From IMG/VR virus record IMGVR_UViG_2675903375_000003, positions 1-64,000 of that record: a stretch of DNA of 64,000 nucleotides. One strand, written 5' to 3'. Of the stretch, positions 39,298 through 48,482 are shown piece after piece. The notes beneath the pieces are model-generated. The model saw only the letters and a list, made by a program, of their open reading frames with translations, did no database searches and was not told where the DNA came from. Each line of letters opens with the position of its first letter. The first letter of the stretch is position 1. A program made the translations under genes and the position numbers. Source of the DNA: a virus. Lineage: Duplodnaviria; Caudoviricetes.

Positions 39298-40182
39298 TCA
39301 ACTGTTCTCGGGGGTGTCCCAGAACCCGGTGTGGGCGATGGCGTCGGCGGTTGCTGGGGGGAGGGGTTCGCCGGTGGTGGGGTCTCGGCGGTCGGCGAGG
39401 AGGGGGTGGGTTGCGGCCATCTGTCCGACGAGTTTGTTGACCCAGCGGGACTGCAGGGCGTGGCGGGTGTCGTTGAGGAGCAGTGCGTGCTCGCCCGGGT
39501 CGGCGGGCTCGGGCCGGACTTTCAGGTAGTCCTTCAGGGCGGCGCCGGTGAGGGGTTCGAGGGTGAACTGGCGGCCGACGTTCTCGTGGTCGTCGGGGGC
39601 GCGGACTTCCCAGGTGCCGTCGGGCTGGGGGTAGAGGTGGCGGGTGTCGACGCGGACGACCTGGGCGGGGCGGAGTCCTTCGAGGAGGAGGAAGATGGCG
39701 AGCCGGTCGCGCTGGTAGTGCTTGGAGTGGTTGGGGCCCCAGCCGCCGATGACAGCGAAGAGGGTGGCGCGTTCCATGCGGGTCAGCCTGTTCGAGGCGC
39801 CTGCGGGGCGGGGGACGCCGGAGCGCAGCACGGTGAGGTTGGGCGGCATGGTGATGATGCCGCGGTCGCGGGCAGCCTGAAAGTACTGGGTGAGGGCGGT
39901 GATGCGCCGGTCGTGGGTGCGGGCTGCTTCGGGATGCCGGTCGGCGAGGTGGGCGAGGGCGTCGGGTCCGTCGAAGGGCCGGCCGCCGAGGTAGGGGGTG
40001 AGGAAGCAGTCGGCGGCCCAGGCGGCGATGTCCTGGGGGCGGGCGGTGAGGGCGTCGACGGGCGGGGTGCGGCCGGTGCACCAGGTGAGGAAGGAGCCGA
40101 TCTCGCGCGCGTATTCGGCGCGGGTGGAGTGGCGCAGCGTAGAGGTGTCCAGCCAGGTGTGCAGCAGCTCGTCGGCGTCCAT
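39298..40182 (-). CDS. Tyrosine-recombinase-like protein lacking C-terminal catalytic residues
   Basis: STRAEY.REI..F core-binding domain and RDRLAIFLLLEGLR box I; no HxxR or catalytic Tyr before the stop. Confidence 0.65.
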   Translation of the reverse strand: MDADELLHTWLDTSTLRHSTRAEYAREIGSFLTWCTGRTPPVDALTARPQDIAAWAADCFLTPYLGGRPFDGPDALAHLADRHPEAARTHDRRITALTQYFQAARDRGIITMPPNLTVLRSGVPRPAGASNRLTRMERATLFAVIGGWGPNHSKHYQRDRLAIFLLLEGLRPAQVVRVDTRHLYPQPDGTWEVRAPDDHENVGRQFTLEPLTGAALKDYLKVRPEPADPGEHALLLNDTRHALQSRWVNKLVGQMAATHPLLADRRDPTTGEPLPPATADAIAHTGFWDTPENS

Positions 40183-40213
40183 GCCCATCATTCTGCCCAA
40201 CCCGAAGATCGCT

Positions 40214-40329
40214 TTACAAAACTTCCGAGCTACCCCGGCCCCATCCGGCGCTGTGGTTCATGTGCCCGGGACGGTGCGGGTCGGGGGCGCCGCGTGCGCG
40301 GGTAGGAGGGTGGGGCGGACGTTTTGTAA
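40214..40329. repeat. 14-bp inverted repeat (one mismatch) upstream of the recombinase-like gene
   Basis: TTACAAAACTTCCG (40214-40227) and CGGACGTTTTGTAA (40316-40329). Confidence 0.65.
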
Positions 40330-40484
40330 CCCACCACTGGATTCGAGTATCGGGCAGGGTGGGAGGAGGAGAACGGGGGAACTCCCCCTCCCACCCGGAC
40401 GCCCGGCGGAGCGCGGAACACAACCTCTGCGCACACGCTATGACGGAAAACCCGGCTTGTCCGAGCCGCTATCCCCCGGCCCGG

Positions 40485-40982
40485 TCAGTGGTCGCCGTCG
40501 TAGCCGTACATGTCCGGGATGTCGCCGCAGCAGACCGGGCACAGGCACCGGCAGGAGTCCTCCCGGCCCGTGCACCGGCCTTTCCACATACAGCGCCCGT
40601 CCGCGCCCTGGCAGGGATGGACCGGCTCGGGGCAGTCGGCCACGGCCATCTGGTGGGTCTCGCACCAGGTCCGCATCGCCGTCTCCAACTGGACCTCGCC
40701 CCACACGTGCCCGTAGCGGCGGGCGTCCTCCTCCCACGGGCAGCGCGCCTCAACCTCCTGAGGAGGGCAGGACGGTGCCTGGCCGTCGGGGTAGGTCACC
40801 CAGCCGTCCCCTTCAGGGAACGACGACCAGTCCCGGCCGTCGGGTGCGAGCCACGACAGCCACTCCCGGGGTCCGTGATCATGGTGGGCGGCGACGCGGC
40901 GCCAGACAGTCACGCCGCAGTCGGCACACCGCCCGCCGTACCGATCGCCCTGGAGGCGGTGCTGGCCGGTGATGTCGGCCAA
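40485..40982 (-). CDS. Cys/Trp-rich hypothetical protein
   Basis: 165 aa ORF with many Cys; start uncertain. Confidence 0.45.
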   Translation of the reverse strand: MADITGQHRLQGDRYGGRCADCGVTVWRRVAAHHDHGPREWLSWLAPDGRDWSSFPEGDGWVTYPDGQAPSCPPQEVEARCPWEEDARRYGHVWGEVQLETAMRTWCETHQMAVADCPEPVHPCQGADGRCMWKGRCTGREDSCRCLCPVCCGDIPDMYGYDGDH

Positions 40983-41019
40983 CCTGGCTCGGGTGCCGTT
41001 GATGGCGGTGCTCCTCTCT

Positions 41020-41214
41020 CTACAGGCCGGGTATGGGGTCTTGGTCGACGTCGTGCCGGTCCTGCCCGGTGCGGGCGTCCGGATCGCACTCCGCCCCGAG
41101 CTGGCGGCGCCGTGATTCCGGGTCGGTCAGCTCACGGTGGCAGCGGCGGCACCACACACGCCGGCGCGCCCCGGGAGGCGTTTCGGTGAGGGCTTCCTGC
41201 TGGTGACGGTCCAT
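41020..41214 (-). CDS. DUF6011-like Zn-finger protein
   Basis: CRRCHRELTDPESRRRQLGAEC. Confidence 0.7.
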   Translation of the reverse strand: MDRHQQEALTETPPGARRRVWCRRCHRELTDPESRRRQLGAECDPDARTGQDRHDVDQDPIPGL

Positions 41215-41343
41215 GAGTTCAGTGTGATCCGGGAAGGGGGCTAGCAGGGTGGTCAGTTGATCCGTTACGCTGCGCTGTGCGCGCTGAGTGCGCGATCGGC
41301 CACCAACCCCGGTCCGGGGCGGTGGCCTTCGTCGTGTGCGAGG

Positions 41344-41553
41344 TCAGGTCTTGGCCGCTGCTCGGCAGGAGGGGCACCATGCGGCGTCGGAAGGCGGTAC
41401 GTCCCGCACGGCTCCGGGCAGTGTGATGCCCTCGTCGTCGCTGCACGCGATGGCCTGGAACTCTTCCACCGGGCGGCCGACGGGCCGGTGGAAGAGGACA
41501 CGGTCTGTCGTGCTGGCGCTGTTCGATGGGATGCGTTCCTGCACGGCACGCAT
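41344..41553 (-). CDS. Small hypothetical protein (H..C..CxxC)
   Basis: AGGAG RBS; follows the WYL gene. Confidence 0.5.
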   Translation of the reverse strand: MRAVQERIPSNSASTTDRVLFHRPVGRPVEEFQAIACSDDEGITLPGAVRDVPPSDAAWCPSCRAAAKT

Positions 41554-41562
41554 GGGCTTCTC

Positions 41563-41997
41563 CTAAGCGGCGAGGTCGGTCTGGGACTGGATGAGCTTCA
41601 CTCGGGGACGGTAGTCGGCGTCGTCGGGGTCGCGCTCCAGCTCGAAGTGGACGATGGCGGTCTCGTTGTCGGCCGGGGCGTCGGCTTCGCGCTCGTACGT
41701 GGTCGGCTCGGGCCGGGTGAGGACGAACGCGATCCGGTGTGCGGTGTAGGCGGAGATGCGGGAGACGGTGAAGGCGCGCTCGGCGTCGTCGGGGTTCTCG
41801 GCGGCGGCGAGGCGGCACATGGCGTGGACGCGGATGTCGCCGGCCTTGGTGGTGCTGAAGGCGAACGGCTCGATCGTGCGGATCGTGGTGGTGCCGTCCC
41901 GGTCGGTGTAGGTGATCGTCATCGCGTGCTGACGGTCGATGGCCCGGTACAGGTCGGCGATCGTCTTGGTCTGGGTCTGGTTCTTCGTCAGCTTCAC
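41563..41997 (-). CDS. Stand-alone WYL-domain protein
   Basis: AI....ITY...G....RTIEP.......AMC.......RAFTVSRI pattern; GTG at 41997 after GAGGGG; no HTH. Confidence 0.75.
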   Translation of the reverse strand: MKLTKNQTQTKTIADLYRAIDRQHAMTITYTDRDGTTTIRTIEPFAFSTTKAGDIRVHAMCRLAAAENPDDAERAFTVSRISAYTAHRIAFVLTRPEPTTYEREADAPADNETAIVHFELERDPDDADYRPRVKLIQSQTDLAA

Positions 41998-42041
41998 GGT
42001 GTCCCCCTCGGTGCGGTGTGATCTCAGAATACACATGCGCC

Positions 42042-42055
42042 ATTGCGTCCGCAAT
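42042..42055. promoter_or_regulatory. Palindromic operator overlapping the -35 boxes of two divergent promoters
   Basis: ATTGCGTCCGCAAT; plus strand TTGCGT-N18-TATGGT; minus strand TTGCGG-N17-TATTCT. Confidence 0.75.
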
Positions 42056-42119
42056 ACTCGTGCATGTATGGTGATGTTGTCGGGGTGCGGGAACGCGCCA
42101 CGATGCGAGGCCATACCGC

Positions 42120-42133
42120 ATGGCGTCCGCAAT
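42120..42133. promoter_or_regulatory. Second operator copy (one mismatch) in the leader of the tetra-RHH gene
   Basis: ATGGCGTCCGCAAT. Confidence 0.6.
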
Positions 42134-42153
42134 GACAGGAAGGAGATACTGGC

Positions 42154-43080
42154 GTGGCCAACGCCCCCACTACGCGCCCGCCCAACAGGTCCGATCGGCG
42201 GGCGCCGAGAGGACACCGCCACATGCCGAGCAGCAGGCCGCCCAGGCCCGTGCGTTCCGAACTGACTGCCGCGTCCGCGAAGCTCCGCGCACTGCCGGTG
42301 CCCGCGCTCGCCGAGGGCCTGGATGCCGTGAAGCTGGCCGACGCCCTGGACGCCGTGCTGGCGCCGGGCGGCTGGCACGTGCTGGAGCAGACCGATCCAG
42401 CGCTGCAGGAGCCCGAGGAGCCGAAGCGCAACATGGCCTTCCCCGTGCTCAAGAGCATCCGGGACCAGATCATGGAGGCCGTGGAGGCCGATCCGGAGAT
42501 GAAGACGGTGACGGCGGCGGTGGAGCACGGGTTCCGTGAGTTCCTGGCCAGCCGGTTCCGTCCGCTTGCGCCGGAGCCGGGTCTGCCGGCGGTGGTGGAG
42601 CAGCGGGTGAACATGAACGTGCGCCCGCGGAACTCGCTGCGTGAGCAGGTTGCGGCGTCAGGGACGGCTGCGGGCAGGGTGGCGGCCGAATACCTGATGT
42701 TCCGGTACCAGTTGGGCCGGTACGCGTCGGGTGCGGAGGCTCGTCTGCCGCGGGGTGCTCAGCGTCTGCCGGAGGTTCCTCGCCGGGTGCGGGACGAGAT
42801 CCGTGTCCAGGCGAAGGCCACGGGGTGGCGGGTGGACGACGTGGTGAACGAGGGCCTGGGGAAGTTCCTGGACGGCTCGTTCGAGGCGGTGGCTCCGGTG
42901 TGGTCGGAGGAGGACCGGCGCGACATGGTGCCGCTGTCGATGCATCCGAACACGGATCTGTATGAGCGGGTCCAGGGCCGGCGTGCGGAGACCGGGCTTC
43001 GGGCGTCGCAGGTGGCGATCGACTATCTGCTGGACCAGTTCGGTATCGAGGCCGGTGTGCACGCTGACGACGGCGTGTAG
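42154..43080 (+). CDS. Putative DNA-binding regulator with four tandem ribbon-helix-helix-like units
   Basis: Four beta-helix-helix-like segments in A-B-A-B arrangement; alternative start at 42223. Confidence 0.6.
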   Translation: MANAPTTRPPNRSDRRAPRGHRHMPSSRPPRPVRSELTAASAKLRALPVPALAEGLDAVKLADALDAVLAPGGWHVLEQTDPALQEPEEPKRNMAFPVLKSIRDQIMEAVEADPEMKTVTAAVEHGFREFLASRFRPLAPEPGLPAVVEQRVNMNVRPRNSLREQVAASGTAAGRVAAEYLMFRYQLGRYASGAEARLPRGAQRLPEVPRRVRDEIRVQAKATGWRVDDVVNEGLGKFLDGSFEAVAPVWSEEDRRDMVPLSMHPNTDLYERVQGRRAETGLRASQVAIDYLLDQFGIEAGVHADDGV

Positions 43081-43172
43081 GCGGTAGGGGGCGCGGTCTG
43101 GCCTGGACGCCGACAACCCGGCCGGGCCGCGCCTGAGTACAGCATCAACATCACATCTCTCTTGGAGACCTC

Positions 43173-44207
43173 ATGGCGCAAGCCGTTGAGGCCCCCGCCA
43201 CCACTTCGGCGGAGGGCCCCACCCAGCACACCCAAAACCAGGCCGATGGGGGGCTGGACTTCGTGGACGCGACCCGCCCCGCGACGAATGCTTTCATCGC
43301 TCTGACAGGCCCGGCCAACGCCGGAAAGACCTACACCGCCCTGGCCATGGCCACCGGTATGGGAACGACCATCGGCGTTTGCGACACCGAGCGGGGCCGT
43401 GCCAGCCACTACGCTGGCCTGTTCCCTTTCAAGCATCTTCGGATGCCGGACTTCCGCCCGCAGACCCTTGTTCGGGCTCTGGCAGTGGGGGCGCGGCGCG
43501 GCGTCGACGTCATGGTCATCGACTCGGGGACGCACTACTGGTCCGGTCGAGGCGGAGTCCTGGAGCAGGTCGATCGGACGACGAACGACTCCCGGTCGAA
43601 GAACGCGTTCACGTCCGGCTGGAAGTCCATCAAGCCCGTCGAGCACGAGATGTGGGACGCGGTCATGGCCTACCCCGGGCACGTCATCATGACGCTCAGG
43701 GTGAAGACCGCGTACGAGCTGGTGACGAACAAGAACGGCCAGACGGAGCCGAAGAAGATCGGTCTGAAGCCGGATCAGCGGGCCGATGCGGAGTACGAGT
43801 TCGACTTCGTCGGTGACCTGGACATGGAGCACACGATGACCGTGTCGAAGTGCTCGTATCCGGGGCTGTTCGAGTCGGGTGAGCGTATCGAGCTGCCGAA
43901 CACCGAGACCGGAAACAAGATCGTCACGTGGCTGAGTCAGGGTACACCGATGCCCACCGTGCAGGACTACGTGAACCGGGCCATGAATCCGGAGGTCACG
44001 TATGAGCAGCTGCTCGCCCTGTACCGGGGGGAGCTGTCCCAGCGGGGCCTGCTTGGCGCGGCTCTGTTCGCCCCGGACACCGGAGAGCAGACGACGCTGG
44101 GCGGTCTGATCGCCCGTATCGGCGGTGAGCGTAAGGCTGCCGCCGAGGGCGCGCCAGCTACGTCGCAGACCGCTCAGGGCGGCGCCCCGGAAAGGAGCGC
44201 CGCCTGA
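43173..44207 (+). CDS. AAA_24 / Sak4-like recombination ATPase
   Basis: GPANAGKT, DTERG, VIDSGTHYW and EYEFD motifs. Confidence 0.8.
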   Translation: MAQAVEAPATTSAEGPTQHTQNQADGGLDFVDATRPATNAFIALTGPANAGKTYTALAMATGMGTTIGVCDTERGRASHYAGLFPFKHLRMPDFRPQTLVRALAVGARRGVDVMVIDSGTHYWSGRGGVLEQVDRTTNDSRSKNAFTSGWKSIKPVEHEMWDAVMAYPGHVIMTLRVKTAYELVTNKNGQTEPKKIGLKPDQRADAEYEFDFVGDLDMEHTMTVSKCSYPGLFESGERIELPNTETGNKIVTWLSQGTPMPTVQDYVNRAMNPEVTYEQLLALYRGELSQRGLLGAALFAPDTGEQTTLGGLIARIGGERKAAAEGAPATSQTAQGGAPERSAA

Positions 44208-45664
44208 TGTCCGCCTGGTCGCGGTGGGCGCCGCAGCAGAAGGGCATAGTCCTGGACCTGTTCGCGGGTCCGGGCGGGTGGTCGGAGGGGTTGCGGCAGT
44301 TCCTGGGGCTGCACGATGTGGGTCTGGAGTGGGATGAGGCGGCATGCCGGACACGGAAGGCTGCCGGGCACCTGACGGTCCGTGTGGACGTCTCCTGCTT
44401 CGTCCTGGGCCCGGTTGTCGGCAGGGTGTGGGGGCTGATCGCTTCCCCGCCGTGCACGAAGTTCTCCGCCGCCGGTGACGGTTTCGGAAACCGGGTCATG
44501 AAGCTGCTCGCAAAGGGCGTCCAGCGGATGATGCGCGGCGATGACTGCCGACAGGAGATCCGCGACCGGATCTATCCGCTGGCTCTGGCTGAGCAGCGGG
44601 AGAAGAACGAGGGCCGCGCGGAGGGGAAGCGGTGGACTGAGGCCCGAGTGCAGTCGGCCGCCCAGCAGGACACCTTCCTGACCGTGCTGGTGTTGGAGCC
44701 GGCCCGCTATCTGTACGCGCTTCTGACCGGCGGCACGGCGGGCGGGGTTCCGCTGGAGTGGGCGGCGTTCGAGCAGGTTCCGTCGGTGCTGCCGCTGTGG
44801 CAGGTGTATGCGATGGAGCTACGCCGGTTCGGCTGGCAGGCGTGGGCTGGGATCCTGAACGCGGCCGACTACGGGGTGCCGCAGACCCGGAAGCGCGCTG
44901 TCCTGGTGGCGTCAGCGGTCCGGAAGGCGGGTCCTCCTGTCGCGTCGCACGCCGAACAGGCCGGCGCAGACGACGCCGGATTGTTCGCCGACCCCCGGCG
45001 GCCGTGGGTGACGATGGCGCAGGCGCTGGGCTTGAACGGCCGGGAAGTCGTGAACACTCGCGGCGACAGGAAGACCCCTGGGGGGAACAACTTCCCGGTC
45101 GATGAGCCGTCGTGGGCGCTGACGGAGAAGGCCCGGTCGTGGATTCTGCACACGAACCGGAACCAGCAGCCGGACGGAAGCAGGCAGACGACCGACCCGC
45201 ACACGGCACCGGCACCGGCACTTACCAGCAAATCCGGTGGTCAGTGGGTTCTCCAGCACAACGCCCGCGCCAACGCCACGGTACGCACGGTCGACGAGCC
45301 CGCCGCAACCCTGGCATTCGGACACGCGCGAAACGAGTACGAGTGGAAGCTGCGCAATGGCACCCAGGCCAACGCGGCAACACGGGGCCTGGACCAGCCC
45401 GCCGGGACGCTGTTCTTCGGTGGCCGCTGCAACGACGTGTCCAGGACACGTCGTTGCAGCGGCCACCCGGTGGAGGAAACCACGGTGCGCATCACCGTTC
45501 CGGAGGCGTCCGTACTTCAGTCGTTCCCCGCCGACTACCCGTGGCAGGGGACCAGGACGGCGCAGTTCACGCAGGTGGGGAACGCTGTCCCGCCGCTGAT
45601 GGCCGCGCACGTGGTCGCTGCCGTAAGCGGGCTGCCGTTCCAGGAATGTCGGGTGGCGGCATGA
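44207..45664 (+). CDS. DNA (cytosine-5) methyltransferase 1
   Basis: DLFAGPGG, SPPC, EQV, PQTRKR, QSFP and GNAVPP motifs. Confidence 0.92.
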   Translation: MSAWSRWAPQQKGIVLDLFAGPGGWSEGLRQFLGLHDVGLEWDEAACRTRKAAGHLTVRVDVSCFVLGPVVGRVWGLIASPPCTKFSAAGDGFGNRVMKLLAKGVQRMMRGDDCRQEIRDRIYPLALAEQREKNEGRAEGKRWTEARVQSAAQQDTFLTVLVLEPARYLYALLTGGTAGGVPLEWAAFEQVPSVLPLWQVYAMELRRFGWQAWAGILNAADYGVPQTRKRAVLVASAVRKAGPPVASHAEQAGADDAGLFADPRRPWVTMAQALGLNGREVVNTRGDRKTPGGNNFPVDEPSWALTEKARSWILHTNRNQQPDGSRQTTDPHTAPAPALTSKSGGQWVLQHNARANATVRTVDEPAATLAFGHARNEYEWKLRNGTQANAATRGLDQPAGTLFFGGRCNDVSRTRRCSGHPVEETTVRITVPEASVLQSFPADYPWQGTRTAQFTQVGNAVPPLMAAHVVAAVSGLPFQECRVAA

Positions 45665-46716
45665 CCATGGTGGACTTGTTCGCCGGCCCAGGCGGCCTGG
45701 ACGTGGGCGCCTCCCGACTGGGCCTGGAGGTGGTCGGGATCGAACGCGACCATGCGGCATGTGAGACGCGGCGCGCGGCAGGTCTGGGAACGGTGCAAGG
45801 CGACGTACGGGCATACGGGCCTGTGGACTTCCCAGAGGCCACCAATCTGGCAGGGTCGCCTCCATGTCAGCCGTTCTCGGTGGGCGGCAAGGGCGCGGGG
45901 CGCAGGGCCCTGGACACGGTCCTGGACCTGGCGCAGCAGCTGGTTGCCCGGCGAAGCATCGCACTGGCCCTTGATGGCTTCGCCGACGACCGGACGGGTC
46001 TGGTGCTGGAGCCGCTGCGGTGGTCCCTCCAGGCGCTGGACGCCGGGCGGCCGTTCCGGACGGTCGTTCTGGAGCAGGTGTCAACGGTGCTGCCGGTGTG
46101 GGATGCCTTCGCCGGGATCCTGCGCGCGGAGGGCTACAGCGCGGTCGCCGGGCGGCTGTCGGCGGAGGAGTTCGGCGTTCCGCAGACTCGGGTGAGGGCT
46201 TTCCTGGTCGCCTCCTTGGACCGTGAGGCCCGACTGCCGGAGCCGACGCACCAGCGCTACCGGAAGGGTGACCCGCAAGGGCAGGGCGCGCTGGGTCTGC
46301 TGCCGTGGGTGTCGATGGCCGACGCGATCGGCTGGGGTATGACCCACCGCCCCGCCCTCACGATCGCGGTGGGCACGGCCGCTGGCGGTCCGGACCCGTC
46401 GTGCGTGGGCGGCTCCGGGGCCCGGGCCACGCTGTACGGAGAGCGTGACGCGGGCCGCTGGATCGACTGCACCCGCATCGTCGACGCCGCCGACCTGCCC
46501 GCCTACAGGGGCGGGCGGCGCGACACGATCCGTCTGTCCGTCCAGGACGCGGCTTTGCTGCAGTCGTTCCCCGCCGACCATCCGTGGCGTGGAAGCAGGA
46601 CCAAGCAGCTTGAGCAGATCGGCAACGCGGTGCCGTGCCTGCTGGCTCAGCATGTCTTCGCGGCTGCTTTCGGTATCCCGGCCCGCGCTGCAGACAAGGG
46701 CAGCGCCGCCGCCTGA
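45661..46716 (+). CDS. DNA (cytosine-5) methyltransferase 2
   Basis: DLFAGPGG, SPPCQPFS, EQV, PQTRVR and GNAVP motifs. Confidence 0.92.
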   Translation: MTMVDLFAGPGGLDVGASRLGLEVVGIERDHAACETRRAAGLGTVQGDVRAYGPVDFPEATNLAGSPPCQPFSVGGKGAGRRALDTVLDLAQQLVARRSIALALDGFADDRTGLVLEPLRWSLQALDAGRPFRTVVLEQVSTVLPVWDAFAGILRAEGYSAVAGRLSAEEFGVPQTRVRAFLVASLDREARLPEPTHQRYRKGDPQGQGALGLLPWVSMADAIGWGMTHRPALTIAVGTAAGGPDPSCVGGSGARATLYGERDAGRWIDCTRIVDAADLPAYRGGRRDTIRLSVQDAALLQSFPADHPWRGSRTKQLEQIGNAVPCLLAQHVFAAAFGIPARAADKGSAAA

Positions 46717-46778
46717 ACCGGGGCGTCTGCCGCACCTCACATCCGTCTCTGGCCTGCGGGCCGAATCGAGGTCTCGTC

Positions 46779-47063
46779 ATGTCTGAACCCGTGCGCTGGG
46801 TGATCCCGGCCATCCTGCTGGTCGCCGTGGCGGGGATCCCGCTGTCGCTGCTGTGGGAGAAGGCGCGGCCGTCGTCGTACACCGCCCGCGGGGATGCCGT
46901 GGGTGCGGATCTCTCGGTGTGGCGGGGTCTGTCCACGGATCAGCAGGCCGCCGCCGATGCGTTCGCGCTGGAGGCGCAGGAGTCTGCGGAGGTCGACGCC
47001 GAGGATGCGGCGCGGCTTGTGGTGGAGCGGGCTTCGCAGGCCAACGCCCGGTCCCGCCCCTGA
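46779..47063 (+). CDS. Small membrane-anchored protein
   Basis: N-terminal TM segment. Confidence 0.5.
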   Translation: MSEPVRWVIPAILLVAVAGIPLSLLWEKARPSSYTARGDAVGADLSVWRGLSTDQQAAADAFALEAQESAEVDAEDAARLVVERASQANARSRP

Positions 47064-47148
47064 CTTCCGGGCCCCGGCGTCTGGCCGGGGCCCGTTGGTC
47101 TTCCCCTGTTCCTTGTCCGTTGTGGTTGCGCTCCGAAGGAGAGTGCCG

Positions 47149-47460
47149 ATGGCTCTGTGTGTGTGGACCGCCGCGGTGCTTGCCGCGGCGGTTGTCGTTT
47201 GTGCGGGCGTTGTCCGGTATCGCCGGCTGGCCCGGGCGTTGGTGCGGGAGCGGGCGGCGCGTCGGGTGTCGGATGCGTGCCTGCACCGTGACCTGGCCGC
47301 GATCCGGCTGGTGGCGGAGGCCGAGCGGGCCCGGGCTGGGGTGTTGCGGGAGGCCGATCTGGTGCTGAGTGCGGCGCTGGCGGCGCATGGCCGGGGTGGG
47401 CGGATAGCCGACTCCGGGTCTGGTTTCACTGATCCGTTCATGGAGGGGGGCCCGGTATGA
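47149..47460 (+). CDS. Small membrane-anchored protein
   Basis: AAGGAG RBS; N-terminal TM segment. Confidence 0.5.
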   Translation: MALCVWTAAVLAAAVVVCAGVVRYRRLARALVRERAARRVSDACLHRDLAAIRLVAEAERARAGVLREADLVLSAALAAHGRGGRIADSGSGFTDPFMEGGPV

Positions 47461-48482
47461 CCGGCACCGAGATGACTGACGTGCGTCGCGCGTATGTGGC
47501 GTGGACTGAGCACCGTTTTTTCAAGTACCGGGGGTGTGCCCCGGATGTGGACGATCCGTCGCGGGCGGCTGGGGATCCGGGGCTGTCGTTGGATGCCTGG
47601 CATGGTCCGGATGTGGACGGGGGTGAGCCGCAGAAGGAGCGTCGGGCGCGGGAGGCGGCGGCGAAGGCGGTGTGCGCCAGGTGTCCGGTGTTGGCGGAGT
47701 GTGCGGCGTACGCCAGCACGGTGTCGGTGGAGGGGAAGTTGGTGGAGCCGGACGGGATTCGGGGTGGGCGTACGGCGTTGGAGCGGCATCGGGCGTTTAT
47801 TCAGCACAGGCATGAGGTGGCGGAGCCGGCGCCGGCGGTGCGGTTCCAGACGAAGCAGAAGCAGGATGTGCTGGCGGCGTTGGCGGGCCACTCGGATCCG
47901 TGTCGGGTGGCTGAGGTGGCGGGGGTGGATTGGCGGACGGCGTCGTGGCAGCGGTCGAGGCTGGTGACGCAGCTGAATCTGTGCAAGGTGTCGGCGACGC
48001 GGATGCAGGTGCTGGAGGAGGCTGTGGCGCGGGGGCTGTTGGATGGCTCTCTGGTGGTGGCGGATGACGGGTCGGTGCCTGCGGTGCCGCCGTCGCCGCC
48101 CGTGCCGGCCCCCGCGATGGATCCCGCGCTGGAGACTGCGGCACCGGTGGCCGACGGCCCGGAGCCGGGTGTGGGGCTGCCAGGGAGCTCGGAGGGCGCG
48201 GCGGGCCCCCTGCGGCGCGCGCTCGGCCCGTCTGGAGGCCGGGAGGATGCCGCCGGGGCCGACGGTCCCGTAGCGGCCGACCTGGTTGAGGGAGCGGGCG
48301 GGCCTGGCCAGGCCACACCGTATGAGCCGGTCCGGGTGCACTCCCCGCGACGAGACCGGTTCGCGGCCGTCCACGGCCAGCTGTCCCTCGACGATGTCCT
48401 CGCCGACCTGCCGGGGCCGGTGCGGTCCCGGCAGGCTGTCGTGCTGTTCCCGCACCCTGTACGTCTGGAGCCGGCCGCATGA
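47457..48482 (+). CDS. WhiB-like Fe-S domain fused to an HTH domain
   Basis: C...CARCPVLAEC and GIRGG, then VAEVAGV...KVSATR..AVARGLL (LuxR-like). Confidence 0.7.
   Translation: MTGTEMTDVRRAYVAWTEHRFFKYRGCAPDVDDPSRAAGDPGLSLDAWHGPDVDGGEPQKERRAREAAAKAVCARCPVLAECAAYASTVSVEGKLVEPDGIRGGRTALERHRAFIQHRHEVAEPAPAVRFQTKQKQDVLAALAGHSDPCRVAEVAGVDWRTASWQRSRLVTQLNLCKVSATRMQVLEEAVARGLLDGSLVVADDGSVPAVPPSPPVPAPAMDPALETAAPVADGPEPGVGLPGSSEGAAGPLRRALGPSGGREDAAGADGPVAADLVEGAGGPGQATPYEPVRVHSPRRDRFAAVHGQLSLDDVLADLPGPVRSRQAVVLFPHPVRLEPAA

Noticed and set aside
36389-40182. Integrase with attL/attR prophage boundary
   Set aside because: Element genes continue on both sides, with no host gene, tRNA target or att direct repeat seen; a resolvase role is more consistent
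44207-46716. Restriction-modification system
   Set aside because: No adjacent endonuclease; the context is a phage early operon, so these are orphan methyltransferases
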